A stretch of DNA of 64,000 bases from an uncultured Candidatus Melainabacteria bacterium (GTDB lineage Bacteria > Cyanobacteriota > Vampirovibrionia > Gastranaerophilales > Gastranaerophilaceae). A program made the position numbers and the translations under genes. How positions within the stretch are numbered: position 1 is the stretch's first letter; every line of letters begins with the position of its first letter. The stretch covers positions 1,688 to 65,687 of the forward strand of contig CAKUUY010000009.1 of NCBI GenBank assembly GCA_934693235.1. The letters are read 5' to 3'. The notes under the pieces were generated by a model, which saw nothing but the letters and a program-made list of their open reading frames with translations, was not told the DNA's origin and searched no databases. This document shows positions 43,714 through 53,144 of this stretch, one piece after another.

Positions 43714-45153
43714 ATGAATCCGGAATTGTATGAACGTTATTTGGCAAAGAAAGCTAAAAAATTAGGAATATCAGTAGAGGAATTAAAGGCTCAAGGAACG
43801 TCTTCGCCAGTAAAAGAAGCTGAAACAACTTCAAATCTTTCTGTTTCAGCGATGCAAACTTCTGCAAATCAGACGTTACTAGCGTCCCCTCAGCCCGTTC
43901 AAAGTTCTTTTCAAACTGCGCAACAATATTCACAACCTGGTCAATTCCAACAGCAAGTTGTTCAACCTCAGCCTGTCCAGCAGACTTTTAGTCAGGTACA
44001 ACAGCCACAGTATGTTCAACAGACAATTCAAGGGCAGTTAGAGCAACAGAATACGCAAACTTCGCCACAAACATTTCAGCCACAAACACAACAAACTGTT
44101 TCTCAACAGTTTGAACAACCTCAAACGTATAACCAATCTCCGTCTGAGCCGCCGAAGTATCAGCCTTATTCAGGTATGCAACAAGAGACTGTTAAGACAG
44201 AGGTGCCATCATATATTTTTGGACCGTCAAAAATGACGGAGCCACCAAAATATTCAAGTAGTCCGATTAGTCAACCGCTCAAACCTGAAGAACCGATTAT
44301 TAAAGACAACAGAGAAAATAAATTTGGGTTAATCGGTTATCCTTTAGGACATTCTTTGTCAAAAGTTATCCATGAAGCGGGTTTTAAGAGTTTGGGGATA
44401 AATGCAACTTATGATATCTTGGAAACACCGCCGGATACGCTTGTTAACAGAGTAAAGTTTTTGAAAGGTAACGGCTACAAAGGTTTTAATGTTACTATAC
44501 CGTTAAAATTACCGATTTCATTGTTTGTAAATGAGGTCGATAAATATGCTGATTTAGCACGTGCCGTAAATACGATTTATATTGAACCGGATAAGTCTTT
44601 AAAGGCATATAATACGGATGTTTTGGGATTTAAAAGAGCAATTCCTAAAGATATTAATTTGGCCGGTAAAAGTGTTGCTATTTTGGGAACAGGTGGTGCT
44701 GCTCACGCGGCTTGCGTAGCGTTGACAGAATGTCGAGTTAAAGAAATTGCATTTTTTACGAGAAATATTCCAAATTCGATTGATTTGATGAATTATGTGA
44801 GAAGAAAATTTCCGTCAATTGATTTTAATGTTTATCAAATTGAAAATATTCGTAATTTGGGTGATTTTGCAATGCTTGTAAACACTACTCCTATAGGGAT
44901 GCTAGGGAAAGCCGGAGATATGATGCCAGTCGAGACAAAAGCATTAGAAAGCTTAAGTCACAATGCTGTTGTATACGATGTTATTTACAATCCTAAAAAA
45001 ACAGTTCTCATAAAAGAGGCTGAAAAGTTGAGATTGAGAACGATTACAGGTTTGGATATGTTAATTTATCAGGCTGTAGCAGCTCAAGAGATTTGGTTTG
45101 GGCAAACTCCTGATTTTAAAGATATGAAGATTGCAGCGTTAGAAGCTCTGTAG
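43714..45153 (+). CDS. aroE: Shikimate dehydrogenase fused to a ~200-residue N-terminal Q/P-rich low-complexity extension
   Basis: AroE core from about 44320 (KFGLIGYPLGHSLSKVIH..., NVTIPLK, LGTGGAAHA); upstream 202 codons are an open frame rich in Q/P/T/S with AAAGGA SD at ATG 43714. Confidence 0.8.
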   Translation: MNPELYERYLAKKAKKLGISVEELKAQGTSSPVKEAETTSNLSVSAMQTSANQTLLASPQPVQSSFQTAQQYSQPGQFQQQVVQPQPVQQTFSQVQQPQYVQQTIQGQLEQQNTQTSPQTFQPQTQQTVSQQFEQPQTYNQSPSEPPKYQPYSGMQQETVKTEVPSYIFGPSKMTEPPKYSSSPISQPLKPEEPIIKDNRENKFGLIGYPLGHSLSKVIHEAGFKSLGINATYDILETPPDTLVNRVKFLKGNGYKGFNVTIPLKLPISLFVNEVDKYADLARAVNTIYIEPDKSLKAYNTDVLGFKRAIPKDINLAGKSVAILGTGGAAHAACVALTECRVKEIAFFTRNIPNSIDLMNYVRRKFPSIDFNVYQIENIRNLGDFAMLVNTTPIGMLGKAGDMMPVETKALESLSHNAVVYDVIYNPKKTVLIKEAEKLRLRTITGLDMLIYQAVAAQEIWFGQTPDFKDMKIAALEAL

Positions 45154-45182
45154 ACAAAATATGTCAATGTTAAGTTGTAGTC

Positions 45183-45211
45183 TTGAAAAGTAATATTAAA
45201 TATGTTAAAAT
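45183..45211 (+). promoter_or_regulatory. Sigma70-type promoter of PL4 (TTGAAA-17-TAAAAT)
   Basis: -35 at 45183-45188, 17-nt spacer, -10 at 45206-45211; GAGAGG SD at 45232-45237; ATG 45243. Confidence 0.6.
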
Positions 45212-45242
45212 AGTATTGTTACATAGAATTAGAGAGGTAAAA

Positions 45243-46006
45243 ATGAGAAAGATTTGTTCTGAGAAAGCTTTACGGGGGGGGGGCAATCGCTAAAATCCTC
45301 TGATATCAAGCGTTTTGGGTTTACATTGGCAGAGGTTTTGATTACTTTGGGGATTATTGGAGTTGTTTCTGCTTTGACAGTTCCATCGTTGATGCAAAAT
45401 TGGCAAAAAGATGCTTACACAACTCAATTGCATAAAGTTTATACTGAGTTATCTCAAGCGGCTATAAAAGCTGCAAATGACAATAATGCGATATCTCTGG
45501 ATGAAACTGATTATGCTTGCACAAATGAACATGGTGCAGAAGAGTTTTTTAGAAAATATTTTAAAGTTGTAAAATCTTGCGGAACAGATTTGACCCCTTG
45601 TTTTGCATCAAGTTACAAAAATATAGATGGTACTGATTTCGAATTGGGAACTCCTGAATATGTTGCAACTATTGCAAGTGGTGCATCTATATCAGTATTG
45701 TATAATGATCTTGGATATGAAGAAAGTGGTTGTGGTTTGGGGGATTTAGGTCCAGCTAAATGGCATGGCTATATGCATCTTCAAGTTGATACAAACGGAG
45801 CTCAGGGACCAAACAGAGTGGGTAGAGATTTATTCTATATGGAATTATATAGTGATGGTAAAGTGGCAGATAGCTATACTGACGATGAATTGTGGCGTGC
45901 AAAATACTGTACAGAAGAAGATGAAGATGGTTATAGTTTAGGTTTTGGTTATGGTGGAGGTTGTCTATCTCGTATAATCAAAGACGGATGGCGAATGACA
46001 TATTAA
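45243..46006 (+). CDS. Prepilin-type N-terminal domain protein, family member PL4; out of frame at a G10 tract in this sequence (G11 or G8 restores the frame)
   Basis: ATG 45243 frame stops at TAA 45291 after G10; pilin frame open from 45263 (…KRFG|FTLAEVLITLGIIGVVSALTVP…); VDTNGAQGPNRVGRDLFYM; C-terminus IKDGWRMTY. The track finds only 45326..46006 from an internal TTG. Confidence 0.7.
45274..45283. repeat. Homopolymeric G10 tract inside the PL4 leader-coding region
   Basis: tac-GGGGGGGGGG-caat counted directly. Confidence 0.95.
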
Positions 46007-46060
46007 ATAAATGAAAAGGTAAAAACACGAGGAAATGAATATTTTCATTTCCTCGTTGGT

Positions 46061-46420
46061 TTAAACAGCTAACTCCAGTAACAAATCTTTGATTGTTCCG
46101 GCTAACTTATAGATTTTTTTAGCCTTGTGAGTTTTTACTTTAAATATTATCAGTAATGAATAAATTGCAACAGCAAAAATTACTTTAGATATCAATTGTT
46201 CTCGTTTTTTCTTTACAAAGGTAATCGCATTTTCAAATGAGTTTTTGAAAGTAGAAACTAAACATCTCCCATATTGCATGCATGTTTGCAATAATGGATT
46301 AAATGTTTCTACACAAGCGTTATAATAACGTACTTGTCTATCCCATTTTATCAAGTGACTGATTATAAAATGGGCAATTATTAATTCTGCTATGAAAATT
46401 ATTGCGATAAATATGTACAT
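46061..46420 (-). CDS. Hypothetical membrane protein
   Basis: 119 aa; two hydrophobic helices (YIFIAIIFIAELIIAHFII; VIFAVAIYSLLIIF). Confidence 0.5.
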   Translation of the reverse strand: MYIFIAIIFIAELIIAHFIISHLIKWDRQVRYYNACVETFNPLLQTCMQYGRCLVSTFKNSFENAITFVKKKREQLISKVIFAVAIYSLLIIFKVKTHKAKKIYKLAGTIKDLLLELAV

Positions 46421-46487
46421 TTTTCCTATCTTTTGTATTATATTAATATAGGATGGAGAGAAATAGAATACGTCTAAAGGACTATTT

Positions 46488-47822
46488 ATGATTAGGATAT
46501 TAGAATTTTATTTATCGTTAATAATTGCAAGGTTGGCTTATGTGGCAATCAGGTTGCTTAATCGCTCGTCAGGAACATCTTTTGTCGGAATGATGACTCT
46601 TAAGATTTGTCCTGATTTTTTGGCTCACTGTAGAAAATATATAAGAAAAGATGTTATTACAATTACGGGTACTAACGGAAAATCCACGACATCAGGGATT
46701 ATTGCTCATATTTTAGAGGTTGCTAATCAAAATGTAATTCATAATTTGAAAGGTGCAAATATGCTTACCGGTGTGGCAAATGTGTTTGCATTGTCCGTAA
46801 AACCATTCAATCGCTTTGATTATGCGGTAATTGAATCGGATGAAGCTTATTTGACAAAACTTTATGACTATATGAAGTCTGATTATTTAGTTGTAACCAA
46901 TCTTTTTAGAGATCAATTAGACAGGTATGGTGAACTTAATACGACAGCAGGCTTTATAAAAAACGCGATTGATAAAAATCCTGATTTGAAATTGATTTTG
47001 AATGCCGATGATCCGCTTGTTTCAACTTTTGACAGGACTAAATACGCAGTATACTACGGGTTTGAAAACGTTGAATACGATTGTAATTACGAACATAAGT
47101 CAAATGCTCCGGCAGAAGCTTTTAACTGCCCTTGTGGAGAACCTTTGGAGTATTCAAAACAGTTTATGGCTCAGGAAGGACATTATTATTGCCCAAAATG
47201 TGGATACAAACGTCATGAGTGTGATTATTCTGCAAATGTAAAAGTTTTCAATGAGTATTCAATTTTGAAAGTTAAAAATAAAGGAATTGAATATGAATTT
47301 ACGGTAAATCTTGCTGGGCTTTATAATGCATATAACGCGCTTGCTGCAATTGCTTTTGCGTTTGAACAAGGCTTAAATCAAACAGAAATACAAAAAGCAC
47401 TTAATACCTACCATGCAATTTTTGGCAGAACAGAAAAAAGGGTAATAAACGGAAATCAAACGGTTATTCAGCTTATCAAAAATCCAACCGGTGCAAGCGA
47501 AGTGTTGAAAACGGTTGACTTAAATTCAAACATTGTAATAGCAATTAATGACAATTACGCTGACGGGAGAGACATTTCTTGGCTTTGGGATAGCGATTTT
47601 GAACAACTAAAAGACGCTCACCAATTAGTAATTACTTCCGGAATTCGAGCAAATGATATGGCAACGCGTTTGAAATATGCAGGAATTCCTCAAGAAAAAA
47701 TTATTATAGAGCCGAATATAAAAAAAGCAATTGATTTAGCAACAAAAGACGGTAAAACAACGATTTTACCATCATATACGGCGTTACTAAAAATTAACAA
47801 CGAAATAAAAGAAAGCAGGTAA
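46488..47822 (+). CDS. murT: Mur-ligase-family lipid II isoglutaminyl synthase subunit MurT
   Basis: ITGTNGKSTT P-loop, LFRDQLDRYGE, Cys4 ribbon (CPCG...CPKCG), and NDNYADGRDISWLWDSDFE (DUF1727-type C-terminal domain). Confidence 0.85.
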   Translation: MIRILEFYLSLIIARLAYVAIRLLNRSSGTSFVGMMTLKICPDFLAHCRKYIRKDVITITGTNGKSTTSGIIAHILEVANQNVIHNLKGANMLTGVANVFALSVKPFNRFDYAVIESDEAYLTKLYDYMKSDYLVVTNLFRDQLDRYGELNTTAGFIKNAIDKNPDLKLILNADDPLVSTFDRTKYAVYYGFENVEYDCNYEHKSNAPAEAFNCPCGEPLEYSKQFMAQEGHYYCPKCGYKRHECDYSANVKVFNEYSILKVKNKGIEYEFTVNLAGLYNAYNALAAIAFAFEQGLNQTEIQKALNTYHAIFGRTEKRVINGNQTVIQLIKNPTGASEVLKTVDLNSNIVIAINDNYADGRDISWLWDSDFEQLKDAHQLVITSGIRANDMATRLKYAGIPQEKIIIEPNIKKAIDLATKDGKTTILPSYTALLKINNEIKESR

Positions 47823-47824
47823 AA

Positions 47825-48535
47825 ATGTTATTAGGAGTAAATATAGATCATGTCGCAACATTAAGAAACGCTAGAGGCGGAGTGGAACCGAGTGTCGAAA
47901 AAGCTGCAGAAATTGCAGAACAAAATGGTGCAACTTCAATCACAACACACCTAAGAGAAGATAGACGTCATATCAAAGACGAGGATGTTTATGCATTAAT
48001 GCAATCTTTAAAAACTCGTCTAAACCTTGAAATGGCTATGGCAGAAGATATTCAAGCAATTGCGCTTGATGTAAAACCGTATTCAATCTGTCTTGTTCCG
48101 GAAAAAAGACAAGAAATTACTACAGAGGGCGGACTTGATGTAGCCGGTCAATTAGACAAAGTTACTGAATTTATCAGGCCTTTGCTTGATGCCGGAATTA
48201 TTGTTAGCTTGTTTATCGACCCTGATGAAGAGCAAGTAAAAGCTTCTGCTAAAACAGGAGCTCAATTTATAGAGATGCATACCGGAGCTTATGCAGAAAG
48301 CTTTGGCTATAAAGAAGAGGAAGAAGAATTCCAAAAACTTAAAAAATCTGCCGAACTTGCTCAAACTTTAGGATTGAAAGTTAATGCCGGACATGGATTG
48401 AATTATGAAAATGTTCACAGAATGCACGAAATAAAAGATTTGCACGAGTTGAACATTGGTCACAGTATAATTTCTAGAGCTGTTTTCACCGGACTTGGTG
48501 AAGCTGTTGGGAAAATGAAAAGTTTAATTAAATAG
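47825..48535 (+). CDS. pdxJ: Pyridoxine 5'-phosphate synthase
   Basis: LLGVNIDHVATLRNARGG, THLREDRRHI, LEMA, NAGHGLNY motifs. Confidence 0.93.
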   Translation: MLLGVNIDHVATLRNARGGVEPSVEKAAEIAEQNGATSITTHLREDRRHIKDEDVYALMQSLKTRLNLEMAMAEDIQAIALDVKPYSICLVPEKRQEITTEGGLDVAGQLDKVTEFIRPLLDAGIIVSLFIDPDEEQVKASAKTGAQFIEMHTGAYAESFGYKEEEEEFQKLKKSAELAQTLGLKVNAGHGLNYENVHRMHEIKDLHELNIGHSIISRAVFTGLGEAVGKMKSLIK

Positions 48536-48545
48536 AAGTAAATAG

Positions 48546-48881
48546 GTGAATTTGAATATGACACAAGAAAAAACTGAACATGAAATAGTAGAAGAAATGG
48601 CGCAAGTTGTTGAACAAATGCGTATAGACGATTTGGAAGATAATCCGGATTGTGCAAATGATTTTTTTGACTGTGATTGTTGTGGGGAAAATAAATGCCT
48701 TGCTGGTTCTATTGAATACGAAGGTTACAGACTTTGCAATGACTGTGTTTTGCTCGCAGAAACCGGATTTGCACTAGGTAAAATTAAATCTGTAACAGAG
48801 TTAATTAATTCTATAGAAGACAAACATCTTGAAGAACTCGCAAACTTTGTAAAAGAAGAAGAAAAACGTTCAAATAACTAA
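48546..48881 (+). CDS. Cys-rich small hypothetical protein
   Basis: CANDFFDCDCCGENKC...CNDC; likely start ATG 48558. Confidence 0.5.
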   Translation: MNLNMTQEKTEHEIVEEMAQVVEQMRIDDLEDNPDCANDFFDCDCCGENKCLAGSIEYEGYRLCNDCVLLAETGFALGKIKSVTELINSIEDKHLEELANFVKEEEKRSNN

Positions 48882-49030
48882 TTCCAATTAATAAGAATGC
48901 TCAAAAACTAATTCTAAAGAATTAGTAATATTTTGTTACATATAGTTAAAAAGAATTAGTTGTGTGGAATATATATAATATAAGAGAGAGCCTTGAAGAA
49001 AAACGACAATACATATATAATTCATAAGCG

Positions 49031-49063
49031 TGACGGGTTTGAATCGCAACCCCGTCATTTTTC
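49031..49063 (+). terminator. Intrinsic terminator-like hairpin
   Basis: tgacggg-N13-cccgtca followed by TTTTTC; 150 nt downstream of the preceding ORF. Confidence 0.55.
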
Positions 49064-49077
49064 TTTTGAAAGGGTAT

Positions 49078-49548
49078 TCATTTTCTTTTAATCAAAATCA
49101 AGATTATCAGGGCAATTACACTAATGTTGATGAATATGTCGGAGATATTAAATATTGGGAAATGAACAAAATTCAGTTGAAAATAATCTCTTACAAAGCC
49201 GTAGACTATTCTTTCGTGTAAATTCCCTGCAATTCCGGCAGATAATAATGCAATGAAAAAACAAGTTTTTAAGGAAATTGATTTCAAGTGATTGAATACA
49301 TGCAATGCCAAAAGAACAAGTGCTATCATTGACAAAATAATCAGTAATTCTCTGGAATTTTGCAAAATACTAAATGCAGCACCGGTATTTTTTACGTAAT
49401 TTAGGGAAAAAATTGCATTTGACATTCTATATCCATGAACCAATTTATCGACCAAAATGCTTGACGTATAAAGGTTTGCGAATATAAAAAATATGTAACA
49501 AATTACAAAATATACTAACTTTCCTGTCTTTTCGATTTCTTTACTCAT
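49078..49548 (-). CDS. lspA: Lipoprotein signal peptidase (signal peptidase II)
   Basis: 156 aa, four TM segments; NTGAAFSIL and FPIFNISD motifs. Confidence 0.88.
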   Translation of the reverse strand: MSKEIEKTGKLVYFVICYIFFIFANLYTSSILVDKLVHGYRMSNAIFSLNYVKNTGAAFSILQNSRELLIILSMIALVLLALHVFNHLKSISLKTCFFIALLSAGIAGNLHERIVYGFVRDYFQLNFVHFPIFNISDIFINISVIALIILILIKRK

Positions 49549-50447
49549 TCTTTTTTGCTTTCATCTTCTAATTTAATAAACTTGTTTTCCGGAATTACGT
49601 TAACTCTTGTCATTACAAAAGCAAGTCCGCCCATATAAACCTGAATTTCATTATTTGGCGTATTTTCAGTTCTTGTAATTCCAATTGAGGCAACTGTGTA
49701 TTCATTTACGTTTTGTGTATTTGAATGAAAAACTCTTTCCAAAGTGTTGTCATCTGCCAGTTTTCTGAATGCATCTTCAGCTTTTGTTTGCGGATAGACT
49801 ATGTTTTCTTTCGCAATAGATGCTATTACAACCGAATTTTTTGGAGCTGTTACTTTTAATGTTGCGGTGTAGTCGTTGTTTGCTCCGATTTGTTTTGGGG
49901 CAGAAAGTTCTATTTTTGAATATCTTGCATCACCGTATTTTAGAGTTGAAGTTTCATCAATAATCTTTTCAGAATTAATTAACCATTTAGCCCCTTGTTT
50001 TTCTAAGAAATAAACGCATCTTGATGTTGAATAAAGCTCTCCTATTATAGAAAGTTCTCCAACTGTTTCTTTTGAGGTTGCAATTGCTGTTTCGTCAACA
50101 GAGACAGTTGCATAGTTGTCACTGAATTCAATGTTATTTATATGCGTTTTGTAAATGATGTCAGGGTAAGTTTCCCAAGTTTCTTTAATTAATTTAAAAT
50201 ACACCTCTTTATCAAAACCATCAGAGTTTACAAAGTTTTTTGAATAAAGAGTTGATAAACCGTCCAAGTCATATTTGTTTGTGTAAACTGTTTGTTGGTC
50301 TATTACTGCTTTTACGTCGTTATATGTTGATTTGTAAATTCTATTTTGTTCAATTTTTGCTTTTTGGCTTGCAATAACTCCTGCTTGTGCCGGACAAATA
50401 TTTGCTAATAATAAAGCTGAAACAATTAAAACGGATATCTTTTTCAT
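49545..50447 (-). CDS. Secreted hypothetical protein
   Basis: Signal peptide MKKISVLIVSALLLANICPAQA; 4-nt overlap with lspA start suggests an operon. Confidence 0.55.
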   Translation of the reverse strand: MKKISVLIVSALLLANICPAQAGVIASQKAKIEQNRIYKSTYNDVKAVIDQQTVYTNKYDLDGLSTLYSKNFVNSDGFDKEVYFKLIKETWETYPDIIYKTHINNIEFSDNYATVSVDETAIATSKETVGELSIIGELYSTSRCVYFLEKQGAKWLINSEKIIDETSTLKYGDARYSKIELSAPKQIGANNDYTATLKVTAPKNSVVIASIAKENIVYPQTKAEDAFRKLADDNTLERVFHSNTQNVNEYTVASIGITRTENTPNNEIQVYMGGLAFVMTRVNVIPENKFIKLEDESKKE

Positions 50448-50473
50448 AATTTAATTATACATAAAAAAATATT

Positions 50474-50486
50474 TTTGTGCTACTAT
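50474..50486 (+). promoter_or_regulatory. Extended -10 promoter of leuS (TTTGTGCTACTAT)
   Basis: Same core as the gyrB promoter; 31-nt leader with AGGAGAG SD. Confidence 0.5.
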
Positions 50487-50517
50487 TTACTCAAGTAGGT
50501 TAGGAGAGAAGAAAAAG

Positions 50518-53007
50518 ATGAAAGACGCATATTTTCCTCAGGAAATAGAAAAAAAATGGCAAAAAAAATGGGAAGAAGATAAAGCATTCAAAACTTCCGA
50601 TGACAGCGATAAACCTAAATACTTTGCGTTGTCAATGTTTCCGTACCCATCTGGGAAACTTCACATGGGACATGTTAGAAACTATACAATTACGGATGTT
50701 ATTGCTCGTTTCAAACGTATGAACGGTTTTAATGTACTTCATCCGATGGGTTGGGATAGTTTTGGATTGCCGGCAGAAAACGCTGCGATGAAGCATGGTG
50801 TCGACCCTGAAAAATGGACAGTTGAAAATATTGCGTATATGACAAAACAATTGAAAATGCTAGGACTTTCTTATGATTGGGATAGAGAAGTTACAACTTG
50901 CAAACCTGATTATTACAAATGGACTCAATGGCTTTTCTTGCAACTTTATAAAAAAGGCTTGGCTTATAAGAAAGAAGCAGCTGTTAATTGGTGTGACGAA
51001 TGTGGAACAGTTCTTGCAAATGAACAGGTTATAGACGGTAAATGCTGGAGATGTGACCACATTGTTGAGAAAAAATACTTGTCACAATGGTTCTTAAAAA
51101 TCACTGATTATGCTGAAGTTTTACTTGAAGATCTGGATAAATTAACAGGTTGGGGTGACAACGTAAAAACGATGCAGGCTAACTGGATTGGAAAATCTCA
51201 AGGTGCAATTTTTAGATTTAAAGTTGTTGAAAAAGATATGGAAATTCCTGTTTATACAACAAGACCTGATACGGTTCATGGTATTACATATCTTGTAGTA
51301 GCGCCGGAATATAAAGATATTGAAGCTTTAACAACTCCTGAAAATAAAGCGGTTGTTGAAGAATACAGAGCAAATGCTCGTAAAATGACTGAAATAGAAA
51401 GGCTTTCAACAGATAGAGAAAAAACAGGTGTTCCTCTTGGAACTCACTGTATAAACCCGTTTACAGGCGAAAAATTCCCACTTTGGACTGCAGATTATGC
51501 GCTTGCAGAATATGGAACAGGTGCTGTAATGGCTGTTCCTACGCACGATACAAGAGATTTTGCATTCGCTAAAAAATATAGTTTGCCGTTGAAAGTTGTA
51601 ATTTCCCCGAAAGATAAAACTCTTGTTGCAGATGAGCTTACAGAAGCTTATACAGAAGAAGGTATTCTCGTTAATTCAAACGAATTTGACGGAATGAATA
51701 ATGTTGATGCCAAAAAAGCAATTACTCAAAAAGCAGTAGATGAAGGTTTTGGAGAATTCAAAACTCAATACAGACTTCGTGATTGGTTGGTTTCTCGCCA
51801 AAGATATTGGGGAGCACCAATTCCGGTTGTTTATTGTGAAAAGTGTGGAATTCAACCGGTTCCCGAAGAGCAACTTCCTGTTATGTTGCCAAAAGATGTT
51901 GATTTTAGTGTAGTTGGTAAATCTCCGATTACAACATCCAAAACATTCGTAGATACAACTTGTCCATGTTGTGGTGGACCTGCAAAACGCGAAACAGACA
52001 CAATGGATACATTTGTTTGTTCAAGCTGGTACTATTTGAGATATTCAGATGCAAAAAATGACAAAATGCCGTTTGCTAAAGACAAAGTAAACAAATGGTT
52101 ACCTGTTGACCAGTACGTTGGTGGTATTGAACACGCAATTTTACACTTGTTGTATTCAAGATTTTTCACAAAAGCATTAAGAGACTTAGGGCTTTTGGAT
52201 TTTGATGAACCATTCAAAAACTTATTAACTCAAGGTATGGTATTGAAAGATGGCTCTAAAATGTCTAAGTCTAAGGGCAACACAGTTGATCCTGATGAAA
52301 TATTTGAAAACTATGGAGCAGACACTGCAAGATTATTTATCTTGTCAGATTCACCTCCAGCAAGAGATTTTGACTGGTCAGATGCCGGTGTTGAGGGTTG
52401 TTACAAATTCTTGAACAGAGTTTGGAGATTGATTTCAAGTAATGCAGAAGATATTAATCTTAATTTGCCTGAACTTGGTAAGGGCTCGTTGAAAAAGAAG
52501 GAAAACGATGATTTACTAAGACTTGTTCACATGGCAATTAAAGGAATTACTAATGATATTTCAAACGACTTCCAGTTTAACACAGTGATTTCTAAGTATA
52601 GGGAACTTGTAAACGCAATCTATGATTGGCGTGGCAAAAAGTCTAATCTTGAAGAAGAGGACAAGTCAATTTTGAGTTTTGCAATTGTAACTCTTATCAA
52701 ATTGATGTCTCCTGTTGCGGTTCATTTATGTGAAGAAGCTTGGAATGATTTGGGAGGGGAAGGCTCAATTCATTCGCAAGAATGGCCAAAATGGAATGAT
52801 GATTTAGCTAAGGCAAGTTCAATTACCTTAATAGTCCAAGTTAATGGAAAAGTTAAGGATAAGATTGAAGCTGATGAATCATTGTCACAAGATGAATTAA
52901 AAGAATTGGCTTTGTCCAGTGTCAAAATAAAAGAATTGACCGATGGCAAAACAATTGTAAAAACAATTGTAGTTCCGAAAAAATTGGTTAATATTGTTGT
53001 AAAATAA
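50518..53007 (+). CDS. leuS: Leucine--tRNA ligase
   Basis: 829 aa; PYPSGKLHMGHV (HIGH), KMSKSKGN (KMSKS), CP1 editing domain. Confidence 0.95.
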   Translation: MKDAYFPQEIEKKWQKKWEEDKAFKTSDDSDKPKYFALSMFPYPSGKLHMGHVRNYTITDVIARFKRMNGFNVLHPMGWDSFGLPAENAAMKHGVDPEKWTVENIAYMTKQLKMLGLSYDWDREVTTCKPDYYKWTQWLFLQLYKKGLAYKKEAAVNWCDECGTVLANEQVIDGKCWRCDHIVEKKYLSQWFLKITDYAEVLLEDLDKLTGWGDNVKTMQANWIGKSQGAIFRFKVVEKDMEIPVYTTRPDTVHGITYLVVAPEYKDIEALTTPENKAVVEEYRANARKMTEIERLSTDREKTGVPLGTHCINPFTGEKFPLWTADYALAEYGTGAVMAVPTHDTRDFAFAKKYSLPLKVVISPKDKTLVADELTEAYTEEGILVNSNEFDGMNNVDAKKAITQKAVDEGFGEFKTQYRLRDWLVSRQRYWGAPIPVVYCEKCGIQPVPEEQLPVMLPKDVDFSVVGKSPITTSKTFVDTTCPCCGGPAKRETDTMDTFVCSSWYYLRYSDAKNDKMPFAKDKVNKWLPVDQYVGGIEHAILHLLYSRFFTKALRDLGLLDFDEPFKNLLTQGMVLKDGSKMSKSKGNTVDPDEIFENYGADTARLFILSDSPPARDFDWSDAGVEGCYKFLNRVWRLISSNAEDINLNLPELGKGSLKKKENDDLLRLVHMAIKGITNDISNDFQFNTVISKYRELVNAIYDWRGKKSNLEEEDKSILSFAIVTLIKLMSPVAVHLCEEAWNDLGGEGSIHSQEWPKWNDDLAKASSITLIVQVNGKVKDKIEADESLSQDELKELALSSVKIKELTDGKTIVKTIVVPKKLVNIVVK

Positions 53008-53027
53008 TTATAAATATATAAATTTAG

Positions 53028-53059
53028 TCCACCTCTTGAAAATAGAGGTGGATTATTTT
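53028..53059 (+). terminator. Intrinsic terminator after leuS
   Basis: 9-bp stem tccacctct/agaggtgga, 7-nt loop, ttatttt tail. Confidence 0.75.
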
Positions 53060-53144
53060 CTGAACAAAATCTGTACTATTCACTTGATTTTCAGACTTTT
53101 CAGAAAGTTACTATTCAGAATTTATTAATGTTGATTTTTTATAT

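Noticed and set aside
45326-46006. Track ORF for PL4 starting at TTG 45326 (MAEVLITLG...)
   Set aside because: That start would remove the F-T-L of the conserved prepilin motif and has no SD. The upstream ATG 45243 with promoter, SD and G-tract frameshift explains the locus better.
49030-49221. 63-aa plus-strand ORF
   Set aside because: It starts within the terminator hairpin and runs antisense to lspA. No SD.
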